From Malacoraja senta (lineage: Eukaryota), in assembly GCA_038087875.1 (NCBI GenBank), contig JAXLNO010000600.1, forward strand, positions 1 through 64,000: a DNA stretch of 64,000 nucleotides. The letters run 5' to 3'. Shown one piece after another: positions 13,831 through 25,529 of the stretch; within the stretch, counting starts at the first letter, position 1; every line of letters starts with the position of its first letter. The position numbers were made by a program, and so were the translations under genes. Below the pieces are notes generated by a model. It ran no database searches, had not been told where the DNA came from, and worked only from the letters and a program-made list of their open reading frames with translations.

Positions 13831-15849
13831 TATGGAAACAGGCCATTCAGCCCACCTGCCCCATCTTTAGTCCCACATGCCTGCGATTGGCCCATATCCC
13901 TCTAAACCTGTCCTATCCATGTATCTGTCTAACTGTTTCTTAAATGTTGGGATAGTCCCAGTCGCAACTACCTCCTCCGGCAGCTTGTTCCATATACCCA
14001 CCACCCTTTGTGGAAAAAGTTACCCCTCAGATTCCTGTTAAATCTTCCCCCCTGTCACCATAAACATATGTACTCTGATTCTCGATTCCCCTACCCTGGG
14101 CAAAAGACTGTGCGTCTACCCTATCTATTCCTTCATGATTTTATGCACCTCTATAAGATCACCCCCTCATCCTCCTGCACTCCAGGAAATAGTATACCTA
14201 GCCTGCCCAGTTTCTCCCTGCAGCTCAGACCCTTGATTCCTGGCAACATCCTCGTAAATCTTCTCTGCGCCCTATCCAACATGACAACACTGGATAGACA
14301 CAAAGTGCTGGGACAGGCAGCATCTGTGGAGAGAAGGAATGGGCGACGTTTCAGGTCTGAAGAAAGGTCTCGACCCGAAACGTCGCCCGTTCCTTCTCTC
14401 CAGAGATCTATCGCAGTTGCTGCCTCAAAAAGGCTGCCAGCATCATCAAGGACCCACACCATCCTGGCCACACACTCATCTCTCTGTTGCCTTCAGGTAG
14501 AAGGTACAGGAGCCTGAAATCTGCAACATCCAGGTTCCGGAGCAGCTGCTTCCCCACAGCCATCAGGCTATTAAACACCTCAAACAAAAATCTGCTTTAA
14601 TGGCCTATTGCACTTTATCTGTTTATTTATGTGTGTACATATATATATTCATATTCAATGGTATATGGACACACTGATCTGTTCTGTATTTATTTATGCC
14701 TACTATATTCTGTTGTGCTGTAGCAAGCAAGAATGTCATTGTCCTATCTGGGACACATGACAATAAACTCTCTTGAATCTCTTGCCTGTCCCGCTGAGTT
14801 ACTCCAACGTTTTGGTTCTTCCCTGGAGTTTGTAGTTTCTCAGGGGGTGTGCGTCTGCCCGATGTAATCCTCACGTTGTACAGGTGCGCCCTGCATCGTC
14901 ATCGGTCCAACCTGCCAACGTGAGGCCGGTCTGATCAGTGACTCTGTCGGGGATTGTGTGGTTGTGCTGCTCCTGTTCTGTATCCTGTTTGTACAGCGGG
15001 CGTGGCATCAACGATATGTTTAAAGGGGATTATGTTGCCTATTGCTATCGGGCTCATCTCTCTCTGTCAACATACAAAGGACTGTTGACAATGCAGTTCC
15101 AGTCTCCTAGCCTTATTATTATAGTCGCCTGCACCAAACAACCGCGACGAGCTTTGTTCTACATGCTGTCCAAACAGATCAGATATATATGCAGAAGGTA
15201 GACTAGAATGCTGGAGAAACTCAGCAGGAGAGGCTGCATCTATGGACCGAAGGAAATAGGTGACGTTTCGGGCCGAGATCCTTCTTCAGAATGATGGGGG
15301 GAGGCGGGAAAAAGAAAGGAAGAGGCGTAGACAGTAGTCTATGGGAGAGCTGGGAAGGAGAGGGGATATATGCAGCGCAGCGTAGGTTCACCAGGTTAAT
15401 TCCCCGGGATGGCGGGACTGTCATATGAGGAAAGATTGGAAAAACTAGGCTTGTATTCACTGGAATTTAGAAGGATGACTGGGGATCTTATAGAAACGTA
15501 TAAAATTATATAAGGACTGGACAAGCTAGATGCAGGAAAAATGTTCCCAATGTTGGGGGAGTCCAGAACCAGGGGCCACAGTCTTGGAATAAAGGGGAGG
15601 TCATTTAAAACTGAGATGAGAAAAAACTTTTTCGCCCAGAGAGTTGTGAATTTGTGTATTCTCTGCCACAGAGGGCAGTGGAGGCCAATTCACTGGATGA
15701 ATTTGAAAGAGAGAGCTAGATAGGGCTGTTAAAGGTAGCGGTCAGGGGATATGGGGAGAAGGCAGGAACGGGGTACAGATTGTGGATGATCAGCCACGAT
15801 CACAGTGAATGGCGGTGCTGGCTCGAAGGGCCGAAAGCACCTATTGTCT

Positions 15850-16060
15850 TTTTTTTTTAATCAAAAATATTTATTCAAATATTAAAATAATATTTACAAC
15901 ACAATAAAACAAACACAGAACACACCACCATAGTACAAGACAAAACAAAAATACTACTAAACAACGATATTACAATCCTTGGTGCCCAGGGATCCCGGAA
16001 TTCCCCCAGGGTGCCCGTGGACAGCGCGTAGTCCCTCTCTAACCCCACCCAGGCGCGGAC
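15850..16060 (-). mobile_element. Tx1/L1-like 3' fragment with poly(A)
   Basis: VRAWVGLERDYALSTGTLGEFRDPWAP resembles a Tx1 ORF2 end; a related 3' UTR is at ~62476-62570 (+). Confidence 0.55.
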
Positions 16061-16806
16061 GACAATAGACAACAGGTGCAGGAGTAGGCCATTCGGCCCT
16101 TCGAGCCAGCACCGCCATTCAATGTGATCATGGCTGATCATCCCCAATCAGTACCCCGTTCCTGCCTTCTCCTCATATCCCCTGACTCCGCTATCTTCAA
16201 GCCCTATCTAGCTCTCTTGAAAGCATCCAGAGAACCTGCCTCCACCACCCTCTGAGGCAGAGAATTCCACAGACTCACCACTCTGTGAGAAAAAAGTGTT
16301 TCCTCGTCTCCATTCTAAATGGCTTACTCCTTATTCTTAAACTGTGGCCCCTGGTTCTGGACTCCCCCAACATCGGGAACATGTTTCCTGCCTCTAGCGT
16401 GTCCAAGCCCTTAACAATCTTATATGTTTTAATGAGATGCCCTCTCATCCTTCTCAACTCCAGAGTGTACAAGCCCAGCTGCTCCATTCTCTCAGCATAT
16501 GACAGTCCCGCCGTCCCGGGAATTAACCTTGTAAACCTATGCTGCACTCCCTCAATGGCAAGAATGTCCTTCCTCAAATTAGGGGACCAAAACTGCACAC
16601 AATACTCCAGGTGTGGTCTCACTAGGGCCTTGTACAACTGCAGAAGGACCTCTTTGCTCCTATACACAACTCCTCTTGTTATGAAGGCCAACATGCCATT
16701 CGCTTTCTTCACTGCCTGCTGTACTTGCATGCCTACTTTGATTGACTGATGAACAAGGACCCCCAGATCCCGTTGTACTTCCCCTTTTCCCAACCTGACG
16801 CCATTA
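16061..16806 (-). mobile_element. CR1 LINE 3' fragment
   Basis: ORF 16275-16793 is the CR1 ORF2 C-terminus; CTATTGT tail. Confidence 0.9.
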
Positions 16807-17132
16807 TGGAAGCAGGACCTTCAGCCCAACCTGCCCCATCTTTAGTCCCACCTGCCTACATTTGGCCCATATCCCTCTAAACCTGTCCTATCCATGTACC
16901 CGTCTAACTGTTGCTTAAATGTTGGGATAATCCCAGCCTCAACTACCTCCTCTGGCAGCTTGTTCCATACACCCACCATCCTTTGTGTGGAAAAAGTTAC
17001 CCCTCAGATTCCTATTAAATCTTCCCCCCCCCCTCACTTTAAACATATGTCCTCTGATTCTCAATTCCCCTACTCTTGTTATAAAGGCCGTAACCCCATA
17101 ATTGTCTATTGTCTTGGTGTTTCGTCCTGCAG

Positions 17133-17319
17133 GCTACAACGTGTCGCTGGTCTTTGACCTGGACAGCATCCCCACGAACAAGGCGGAGGTGGTGCACCAG
17201 GCGGGCATGCTGAAGAGGAACTGCTTCGCCTCCGTCTTCGAGAAGTACTTCAACTTTCAGCAGGAGGGCAAGGAGGGGGAGAGGCGCGCCCTCATCCACT
17301 ACCGTGAAGACGAGACCCT
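17133..17319 (+). CDS. ARPC2: ARPC2 internal exon, 187 bp
   Basis: (G)[61 protein letters not shown](L); ctgcag acceptor, gtgagt donor. Confidence 0.97.
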
Positions 17320-17597
17320 GTGAGTGCCTGGCCAGAGCAGGGCGACGGGACGGCAGCATGCGTCAATTAATCGTTCGATAACATTTATGGTAGACACAAA
17401 TGCTGGAGAAACTCAGCGGGTGAGGCAGCGTCTGTGGAGCGAAGGGATAGGTGACGTTTCGGGTCGAGACCCTTCGAAGAGAAGGCGGGCAGATGGGACT
17501 AGTGTAGCTGGGACATGTTGGCCGGTGTGGGCAAGTTGGGCTGAAGGGCCTGTTTCTGTGCTGTATCACTCTATGACTTAATTTGTCACATATGCGA

Positions 17598-17895
17598 CTG
17601 CACGGTGCAGCGGTAGAGTTGCTGCCTTACAGCTAATGCAGCGCCGGTGACCCGGGTTCGATCCCGACTACGGGTGCTGTCTGTATGGAGTCTGTACGTT
17701 CTCCCCGTGACCCGCGTGGGTTTTCTTCCAGATCTTCGGTTTCCTCCCACACTCAAAAGACGTGCAGGTTTGTAGGTTAATTGGCTTCGGTATAAATGTA
17801 AAAATTGTCTCAAGTGTGTGTAGGATAGTGCTAGTGTGCGGGGATCACTGGTGGGCCGAAGGGCCTGTATCCACGCTGTATCTCTAAACTAAACT
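17598..17895 (+). mobile_element. tRNA-derived V-SINE (HE1-like), full length
   Basis: A-box-like cggtgcagcgg, B-box ggttcgatcc, V-domain ttcctcccacactc..aagac, tail gggccgaagggcctgt...(ctaaa)n. Many further copies, e.g. 166-328, 38310-38578, 54730-55036 (-), 55515-55785, 62960-63270. Confidence 0.85.
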
Positions 17896-18860
17896 ACACA
17901 TGCGGGCGCCGCCATTATCCAAAGTCCGGTCGGCCCGTGTGGTCGATGTACGGGAGCAGTTCCCACAAACCCACGTCCCCCCCCCCTCTCTCACCTCTCA
18001 CCCGGCCATCGTTGTGTCCCGGGGAACGGCTCCTGCAGCCCAGTATCAAATGGAGTGGACAGTGGGTTAGAGCGTAGGACAGGAGGGCACTTGCTACAAC
18101 TTAACAGACCCGTAAACACAATAACACACAGATAATATATATATTTTTAAATTCACTAATACCAGTGCAAAACGCGTTGATGACCTTTCCCTGCGATTGC
18201 TTTGAGCTTTGTTTAGTGATACAGTGTGGAAACAGGTCCTCCATCACACCGAGTCCGTGCCGACCTACAATCCCCTGTACACTAGTTCTATCCTACACAC
18301 TAGGGACAATTTACTGAACAAGGGGCCACAGTTTAAGAATAAGGAGCAAGCCATTTAGAACGGAGACTAGGAAACACTTTTTCACCCAGAGAGTTGTGAG
18401 TCTGTGAAATTCTCTGCCTCAGAGGGCGGTGGAGGCAGGTTCTCTGGATACTTTCAAGAGAGAGCTAGATAGGGCTTTTTAAAGATAGCGGTCAGGGGAT
18501 ATGGGGAGAAGGCAGGAACGGGGTACTGATTGGGGATGATCAGCCATGATCACATTAAATGGCTGTGCTGGCTCGAAGGGCCGAATGGCCTACTCCTGCA
18601 CCTATTGTCTAATTAACCTGCAGACCCGCACGTTTTTGGAGTGTGGGAGGAAATCGAAGCACCCGGAGAAAACCCACACAGGTCATGTGGTGAACGTGCA
18701 AACTCCGTACAGACAGCAATCAAGGTTAGGATGGAACCCGGGTCTCTGGCGCTGTGAGGCGGTGGCTCTACCAGCAGCGCCACCGTTGCCGCCCTGTGTT
18801 TATGAGTTTACAAGGCTTCCCCCTGGCTTGTTCTGGGCAACGAGGTGTCGACACTGAACA

Positions 18861-19068
18861 CTAAAGGGCCTGTCCCACTTGGTGATTTTTTTTCGGCGTC
18901 ATATCAGTGTCGCCAAAAGATTTTGAACATTTCATAATCCAGCGGCGACAGTCGAAAAAACACCGCGCGTCAATACGTCGTCACGCTGCGACGTATCGGT
19001 GACCTGATAAGTCAGTCAATGATGCTGGCAGTCGCTGAAAAGATCGGCAAGTGGGACAGGCCCTTTAG
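18861..19068. mobile_element. MITE with 21-bp perfect inverted termini (possibly Harbinger-related)
   Basis: ctaaagggcctgtcccacttg ... caagtgggacaggccctttag; a one-ended relative is at ~29895-30188. Confidence 0.7.
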
Positions 19069-19101
19069 TTCCAGTGACAATTGCTTTCCTCGCCATGCAA
19101 G

Positions 19102-19404
19102 GGCGGCACGGTGGCGCCGCGGGTAGAGCTACTGCTTCACAGCTCCAGAGACCCGGGTTCAATCCTGACCACGGGTGCTGTCAGTACAGAGTTTGTACGT
19201 TCTGTCCGTGACCTGCGTGTTTTCTCCGAGATCTTTGGTTTCCTCCCACACTCCGAAGACGTGCAGGTTTGTAGGTTAATTGGCTTGATGTAAAAGTAAA
19301 TTGTCCCGAGTGTGTGTGTGGGATAGTGTTAGTGTGCGGGTATTGCTGGTCGGAGCGGACTCCGTGCTGGGTTTGTTTCCGTGCTGTATCTCTAAACTAA
19401 AACT
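19102..19404 (+). mobile_element. V-SINE (HE1-like)
   Basis: tRNA-like head, V-domain, ctaaa tail interrupted by an L1 insertion. Confidence 0.85.
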
Positions 19405-19874
19405 TTTTATTTTAATTTTTTTTAATTTTTATTAGAAGCAATTGTACAAAGTTAAGACATTCGGCATCTAAAATTATACAATTATTGTACAGCTTCATTT
19501 TTAACCTTATAACCTGAAAATGAAAAAAGAAAAGAAAAAGAGAACAAGAAAAGGAAAAAGTGAAAAGATAGATCGAAAAAGAACAAAGGAAAGAACCCTA
19601 AACTACCAAAGCAGTGTGGCCGAAAGATATAGAAATTTAAAAAAAGGAAAAGAAAGGTGGAGATATACCTTGCCCCTCGTCCCCCCCCGCCCACCTCACG
19701 CAACCCGGCATCGGATTTAAATTTAAATTTGTGTTGCACCATGCTATTGTAAGAATTCGGTGAAGGGTGTCCATGTCTTGAGAAATTGATCTGGTTTTTC
19801 TGCCAAGACAAGCCTAATGTTTTCCAAATGTAGTGTCTCGGACATGTTTGTCATCAACATCTTCACTGTAGGGA
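19405..19874 (-). mobile_element. 5'-truncated L1-clade LINE with poly(A)-rich tail and 14-bp target-site duplication
   Basis: Minus strand reads IPTVKMLMTNMSETLHLENIRLVLAEKPDQFLKTWTPFTEFLQ* (fish-type L1 ORF2 end); tctaaactaaaact at 19391-19404 and 19875-19888. Confidence 0.75.
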
Positions 19875-19904
19875 TCTAAACTAAAACTAAACTGAACCTT
19901 GCAG

Positions 19905-19998
19905 GTACGTGGAGGCCAAGAAGGACCGGGTGACCGTGGTCTTCAGCACCGTCTTCAAGGATGACGACGATGTGGTGATTGGGAAGGTCTTCATGCAG
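19905..19998 (+). CDS. ARPC2: ARPC2 internal exon, 94 bp
   Basis: [31 protein letters not shown]; ttgcag acceptor, gtagga donor; phase continuous with previous exon. Confidence 0.97.
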
Positions 19999-21306
19999 GT
20001 AGGACAATCAAAGCCAGTGAACTCCGCCGGCCAGCATGACTCGTAGAGTGATACAGCGTGCAAACAGACCCTTCAGCCCAACTTGCCCACACCGGCCAAC
20101 ATGCCCCATCTACACTAGTCCCACCTGCCTGCGTTTGGTCCATATCCCTCCAAATCTGTCCTATCCATGTACCTGTCTCACTGTTTCTTAAGCGTTGGGA
20201 TAGTCCCAGCCTCAACTACCTCCTCCGGCAGCTCGTTCCATACACTCGCCACCCTCTGTGTGGAAACGTTACCCCTCGGATTGCTATGTTATATTTATTG
20301 CTATTTATATATATATTGCTATTGTTATATTTTTTCCTACTGCACTGCAAAATCTTCTCAAGGTATGCCTACTTTGAAGTTCTCCTCTCTCCGAAGACAG
20401 TTTACCACTGTCACCGCCTCTTCCTTTCTTCTTCCTGCCCCCCCCCCACCCCACACCCCCACATCAATCTGAAGAAGGGTCTCGACCCGAAACGCCATCT
20501 ATTCCTTCACTCCATAGATGCTGCCTCACCCGCTGAGTTTCTCCAGCATTTTTGTCTACCTCGGATTGCTATTAAATCTCTTCCCCTTCACCTTGAACCT
20601 ATGTCCTCTGGTCCTCGATTCCACGACTCTGGGCAAGAGACACTGTGCGTCTACCCGATCTATTCCCGCCATGATCTTATACACTCGTGACCGTGGGTGC
20701 TGTCTGTATGGAGTTTATATGTTCTCCCGTTTATCTGCGTGACTCGTTTAATTCGAGTTAGTTTAGTTTATTGTCACATGTGCCGAGGTACAGTGAAAGG
20801 CTTTTTGTTGCGTGCTATCCCGTCAGCGGAAAGACTACCCAGCGGTATGAATATTGACTTCCGTAACTTCAAGTAACCCTTGCTCTCCCCCTCTCTCCAT
20901 CCCTCCCCCACCCTAGTTCTCCGACTGGTTCCACTGTCCTCCTGATTAAATTGTACTCATTGTATGCCCTGCTGTCACCTTCCCCTTAGTTAACAATGAC
21001 CCGTTCTAAGTTTTCCATGAGCTTAATCCCCTTTGATCTCTCATTTTCACACCTGACCCCTCCATATCTCTGTCTCCCTCTCCCCTGACTCGGCCTGAAA
21101 AAGGGTCTCGACCCGAAACGTCGCCCATTCCTTCTCTCCAGAGATGCTGCCTGTCCCGCTGAGTTACTCCAGCATTTAGTGCTTGTCTTCAGCGGGAAGA
21201 CTATGAATGATTACAATCGAGCCGTGTACAGAGACAGGGTAGAGGGGGTCATGTTTAGTGCAAGGTAAAGTCCAGGTAAATCCAACAACATTTAATGCCA
21301 AAATAT

Positions 21307-22665
21307 AGACAATAGACAACAGACAATAGGTGCAGGAGTAGGCCATTCGGCCCTTCGAGCCAGCACCGCCATTCAATGTGATCATGGCTGATCATCCCCA
21401 ATCAGTACCCCGTTCCTGCCTTATCCCCTGACTCCACTATCTTTAAGAGCCCTATCTAGCTCTCTCTTGAAAGTATCCAGAGAACCTGCCTCCATCGCCC
21501 ACTGAGGCAGAGAATTCCACAGACTCACCACTCTCTGTGAGAAAAAGTGTTTCCTCGTCTCCGTTCTAAGTGGCTTACTCCTTATTCTTAAACTGTGGCC
21601 CCTGGTTCTGGACTCCCCCAACATCGGGAACATGTTTCCTGCCTCTAGTGTGTCCAAGCCCTTAACAATCTTATGTGTTTCAATGAGATACCCTCTCATC
21701 CTTCTAAACTCCAGAGTGTACAAGCCCAGCTGCTCCATTCTCTCAGCATATGACAGTCCCGCCATCCAGGGAATTAACCTTGTAAACCTACGCTGCTATG
21801 TCCTTCCTCAAATGCATACAATACTCCAGGTGTGGTCTCACTAGGGCTCTGTACAACTGCAGTAGGACCTCTGCTCCTATATTCGATTCCTCTTGTTATA
21901 AAGGCCAACATGCCATTCGTTTTCTTAACAGTGAGGTCTGATAAATGGCAATCAAACATAGTTTGAGGTTCTCCAATTAGATAGATAGGAGGTCAAGACT
22001 GCTCTCTGGATGATGAGTGGACCGTTTCAGTTGCCTGTTAACAACTGAGAAGAAACTGAAGGAGCCTTCCGACCCGAAACTCGTTGATACTCAAAAAGGC
22101 GCTGGTTGGGCCGCATTTGGAGTTTTTTGAGGAAAAATTTGGGCCCCATATCTGAGGAACGATGTGCCGGCTCTGGAGCGGGTCCAGAGGAGGTTTACAA
22201 GAATGATCCCAGGAATGAGTGGGTTAACCTATGATGAGCGTTTGACGGCACTGGGCCTGTACTCGCTGGAGTTTAGAAGGTTGAGGGGGGACCTCATTGA
22301 AACGTACAGAATAATGAAAGGCCTGGATAGAGTGGATGTGGAGAGGATGTTTCCACTAGTGGGAGAGTCTAGGACCAGAGGTCATAGCCTCAGAATTAAA
22401 GGACGCTCTTTTAGAAAGGAGGTGAGGAGGAATTTCTTTAGCCGGAGGGTAGTGAATCTGTGGAACTCGTTGCCACAGACGGCTGTGGAGGCCGTCAGTG
22501 GATATTTTTAAGGCAGAGATAGGTTCTTGATTAGATCCGGTGTCGAGGCTTATGGGGAGAAGGCAGGAGAATGGGATAAGGAGGGAGAGATAGATCAGCC
22601 ATTATTGAATGTTGGAATAGACTCGATGGGCCGAATGGCCTAATTCTGCTCCGATCACTTGTGAA
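21307..22665. mobile_element. Two divergently oriented CR1 3' fragments of different subfamilies
   Basis: ORFs 21421-21765 (-) and 22164-22511 (+) are CR1 ORF2 C-termini. Confidence 0.85.
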
Positions 22666-23437
22666 GGTGTGAAACGTCATCCATTTTCTCCAGAGATACT
22701 GCCTCACCCATCGAGTAGCACCAGCACTCTGCGCGTGTGTGTGTGTGTGCGTGTGTTCCTTCCTATATCAGGGCAACCAGAGCTGCAAGCAGTGCCGTGC
22801 TCTGGCTTCCCATTTTCTCTTCCTGCTAATAATTATTGCCTGTAATTTGAAACGCCAGAGAAAGACAGCTCTTTGTTTCCTCCTGGGAGCCAGGTTAGCC
22901 TCAGACCTGTGCACTGTGCATTTGCATTTGTTTAATCTGCGGTGAGGAAATTGATTTGAGAGTCATTTTATATTAAATGCCTTTGTTTCACCTCTAAACA
23001 TTGTTCATGCAGTCACACGCAAGTTTACCGTGCCTTCTGTCTCAATACGTGGCAACGCTCTATTGAATTTGCCTATTTCAGATAGTCAGCCTTTCCAGTT
23101 TGTGAGTGGCTGGCCAGGGTAATTCGAGTGTTCTCTCCCCACTAGGAAAGAATAAGGAGTAAGCCATTTAGAACGGAGACGAGGAAACACTATTTCTCAC
23201 AGAGAGTGGTGAGTCTGTGGAATTCTCTGCCTCAGAGGGCGGTGGAGGCTGGTTCTCTGGATGCTTTCAAGAGAGAGCTAGATAGGGCTCTTAAAGATAG
23301 CGGAGTCAGGGGATATGGGGAGAAGGCAGGAACAGGGTACTGATTGGGGATGATCAGCCATGATCACATTGAATGGCGGTGTTGGCTCGAAGGGCCGAAT
23401 GGACTACTCCTGCACCTATTGTCTATCGTCTATTGTC

Positions 23438-23981
23438 TAGGGTTGCCGACTTTCTCACTCCCAAATAAGGGGCAAACAGACAAAATACGGGACAAATTCC
23501 CGACGGCAATTCGTTGACCGACTGGGCCGTGGCTGGGTGAATGATGAGTAGGCCCGGGTGCTGGACTGCACACAAAGCCCAGCCGGCGGGCCAGCTGAGG
23601 AGTTTTGGCCCGGGCCGCGTGATGTCGTGCGCAAAGTCCGGCAACCCGTCCAACTCATGAACCGACGATCGGCCGTGAGAAGGAGGGGTGGTGGTGGCGG
23701 TGTCGGCGGTAAGCGAAGGTCCGAAGGTCGGACAGCTGGCCGGGCTGCCAACCGACCGATGGGGCCACGGGCGAGGCGCTGCTGCTGCTGCTGCTGCACT
23801 CCATGGGCTGCACTACGTCGGGACGGGTGAGGCAGGGCCGGATGCGGCGCTCCTACCCGACAGTTCCCTCGACCCGAGTAGTAGCAGTCAAATACGGGAC
23901 AAGGGCGGTCCCGTACGGGACAAACCAATTTAGCCCAATATACGGGATGTCCCGGCTAATACGGGACAGTTGGCAACCCTA
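23438..23981. mobile_element. Non-autonomous hAT (Tip100-like) DNA transposon
   Basis: TIRs tagggttgccgact / agttggcaacccta (13 of 14); subterminal cgggac repeats; 8-bp TSD ctccccac (23135-23142) / ctctccac (23982-23989) once the CR1 at 23147-23437 is removed. Confidence 0.75.
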
Positions 23982-24943
23982 CTCTCCACAGACGCTGCCT
24001 GACCTGCTGCCCATCTACAACATCCATTTCATAGTCATGCAGCACTGAAGGCAGGCCATTCGGCCCACCGAATGTATCCCTTCTCTCCTTATAAGTTAAT
24101 GTGATCGGAACAGAATTAGGCCCATCAAGTCTACTCCACCATTCAATCATGGCTGATCTATCTTTTCCTCTCAACCCCATTCTCCTCAACATAACCCCTG
24201 ACACCCGTACTAATCAAGAATCTATCTATCTCTGCCTTAAAAATATCCACTGACTTGTGGCCTCCACAGCCCGTCTGTGGCAATAAATTCACACCCTTTC
24301 CTCCACATCTCCTTCCTGAAGGAACGTCCTTTAATTCTGAGGCTACAATCTCTAGTCATAGTGTGGAGACAGGCCCTTCGGCCCAACTCGCCCACCACGG
24401 CCAACAATGTCCCAGCTACCCTAGTCCCACTTGCCTGCGCTTGGTCCATAACCCTCCAAACTTGTGCTATCCATGTATCTGTCTAACTGTTTCTTAAACA
24501 GTCCTAGACTCTCCCACTAGTGGAAACATCCTCTCCACATCCACTCTCTCCAAGCCTTTCACCTTTCTGTCCGTTTCAATGAGATCCCCCCCTCATTCTT
24601 CTAAACTCCAGCGAGTACAGGCCCAGTGCTGTCAAACGCTCATCTTATGTTAACCCACTCATTCCTGGGATCGTTCTTGTAAACCTCCTCTGGACCCTCT
24701 CCAGAGCCAGCACATCCTTCCTCAGATATGGAGCCCAAAACTGCTCACAATACTCCATATGCTTGTTCCATACACCCACCTATGTGGAAAAAGTCACCCC
24801 TCAGATTCCTATTAAATCTTTTCCCCTTCCCCTTAAAGCTATGTCCTCTGGTCCTCGATTCACCTACTGATCTATTCCTGATCTTCCTGATCTATTCCTC
24901 ATGATTTTTACACCTCTATAAGATCACCCCCTCGAGCGGGTTA

Positions 24944-25143
24944 NNNNNNNNNNNNNNNNNNNNNNNNNNNNNNNNNNNNNNNNNNNNNNNNNNNNNNNNN
25001 NNNNNNNNNNNNNNNNNNNNNNNNNNNNNNNNNNNNNNNNNNNNNNNNNNNNNNNNNNNNNNNNNNNNNNNNNNNNNNNNNNNNNNNNNNNNNNNNNNNN
25101 NNNNNNNNNNNNNNNNNNNNNNNNNNNNNNNNNNNNNNNNNNN
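24944..25143. other. Assembly gap (200 N)
   Basis: Run of N. Confidence 1.
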
Positions 25144-25529
25144 TGGTATTGACCCCAAAACACCAATTCACAGTCTATTTGTTCCTTTGCTCCTGACTCG
25201 GGCACAATTCAAAACAGTCTCACAACTCGAAACGGTCAAAATGCAACTTGAGAAAGTTCAGACCGCAAATTAAAGTGTCCACTCACATCCAATTCAGAGC
25301 AAATTAAGTCACAATAAAAAAAAAAGGCAAGAACGGGGTACTGATTGTGGATGATCAACCATGATCACATTGAATGGCGGTGCTGGCTCGGAGGGCCGAA
25401 TGGCCTACTCCTGCACCTGTTGTCTATTGTCTTGACTGATCTATCTGTCTGTAAATTAAAATGTAATCGCTGCGTGGAGAATCCTTGTTGTAAATGGACC
25501 TGGGAGCCTGGGTAGTGGCAGATGAGTGT

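Noticed and set aside
17600..17670. tRNA-like A and B boxes as tRNA genes
   Set aside because: They are SINE heads followed by V-domain and LINE-like tail; no full cloverleaf.
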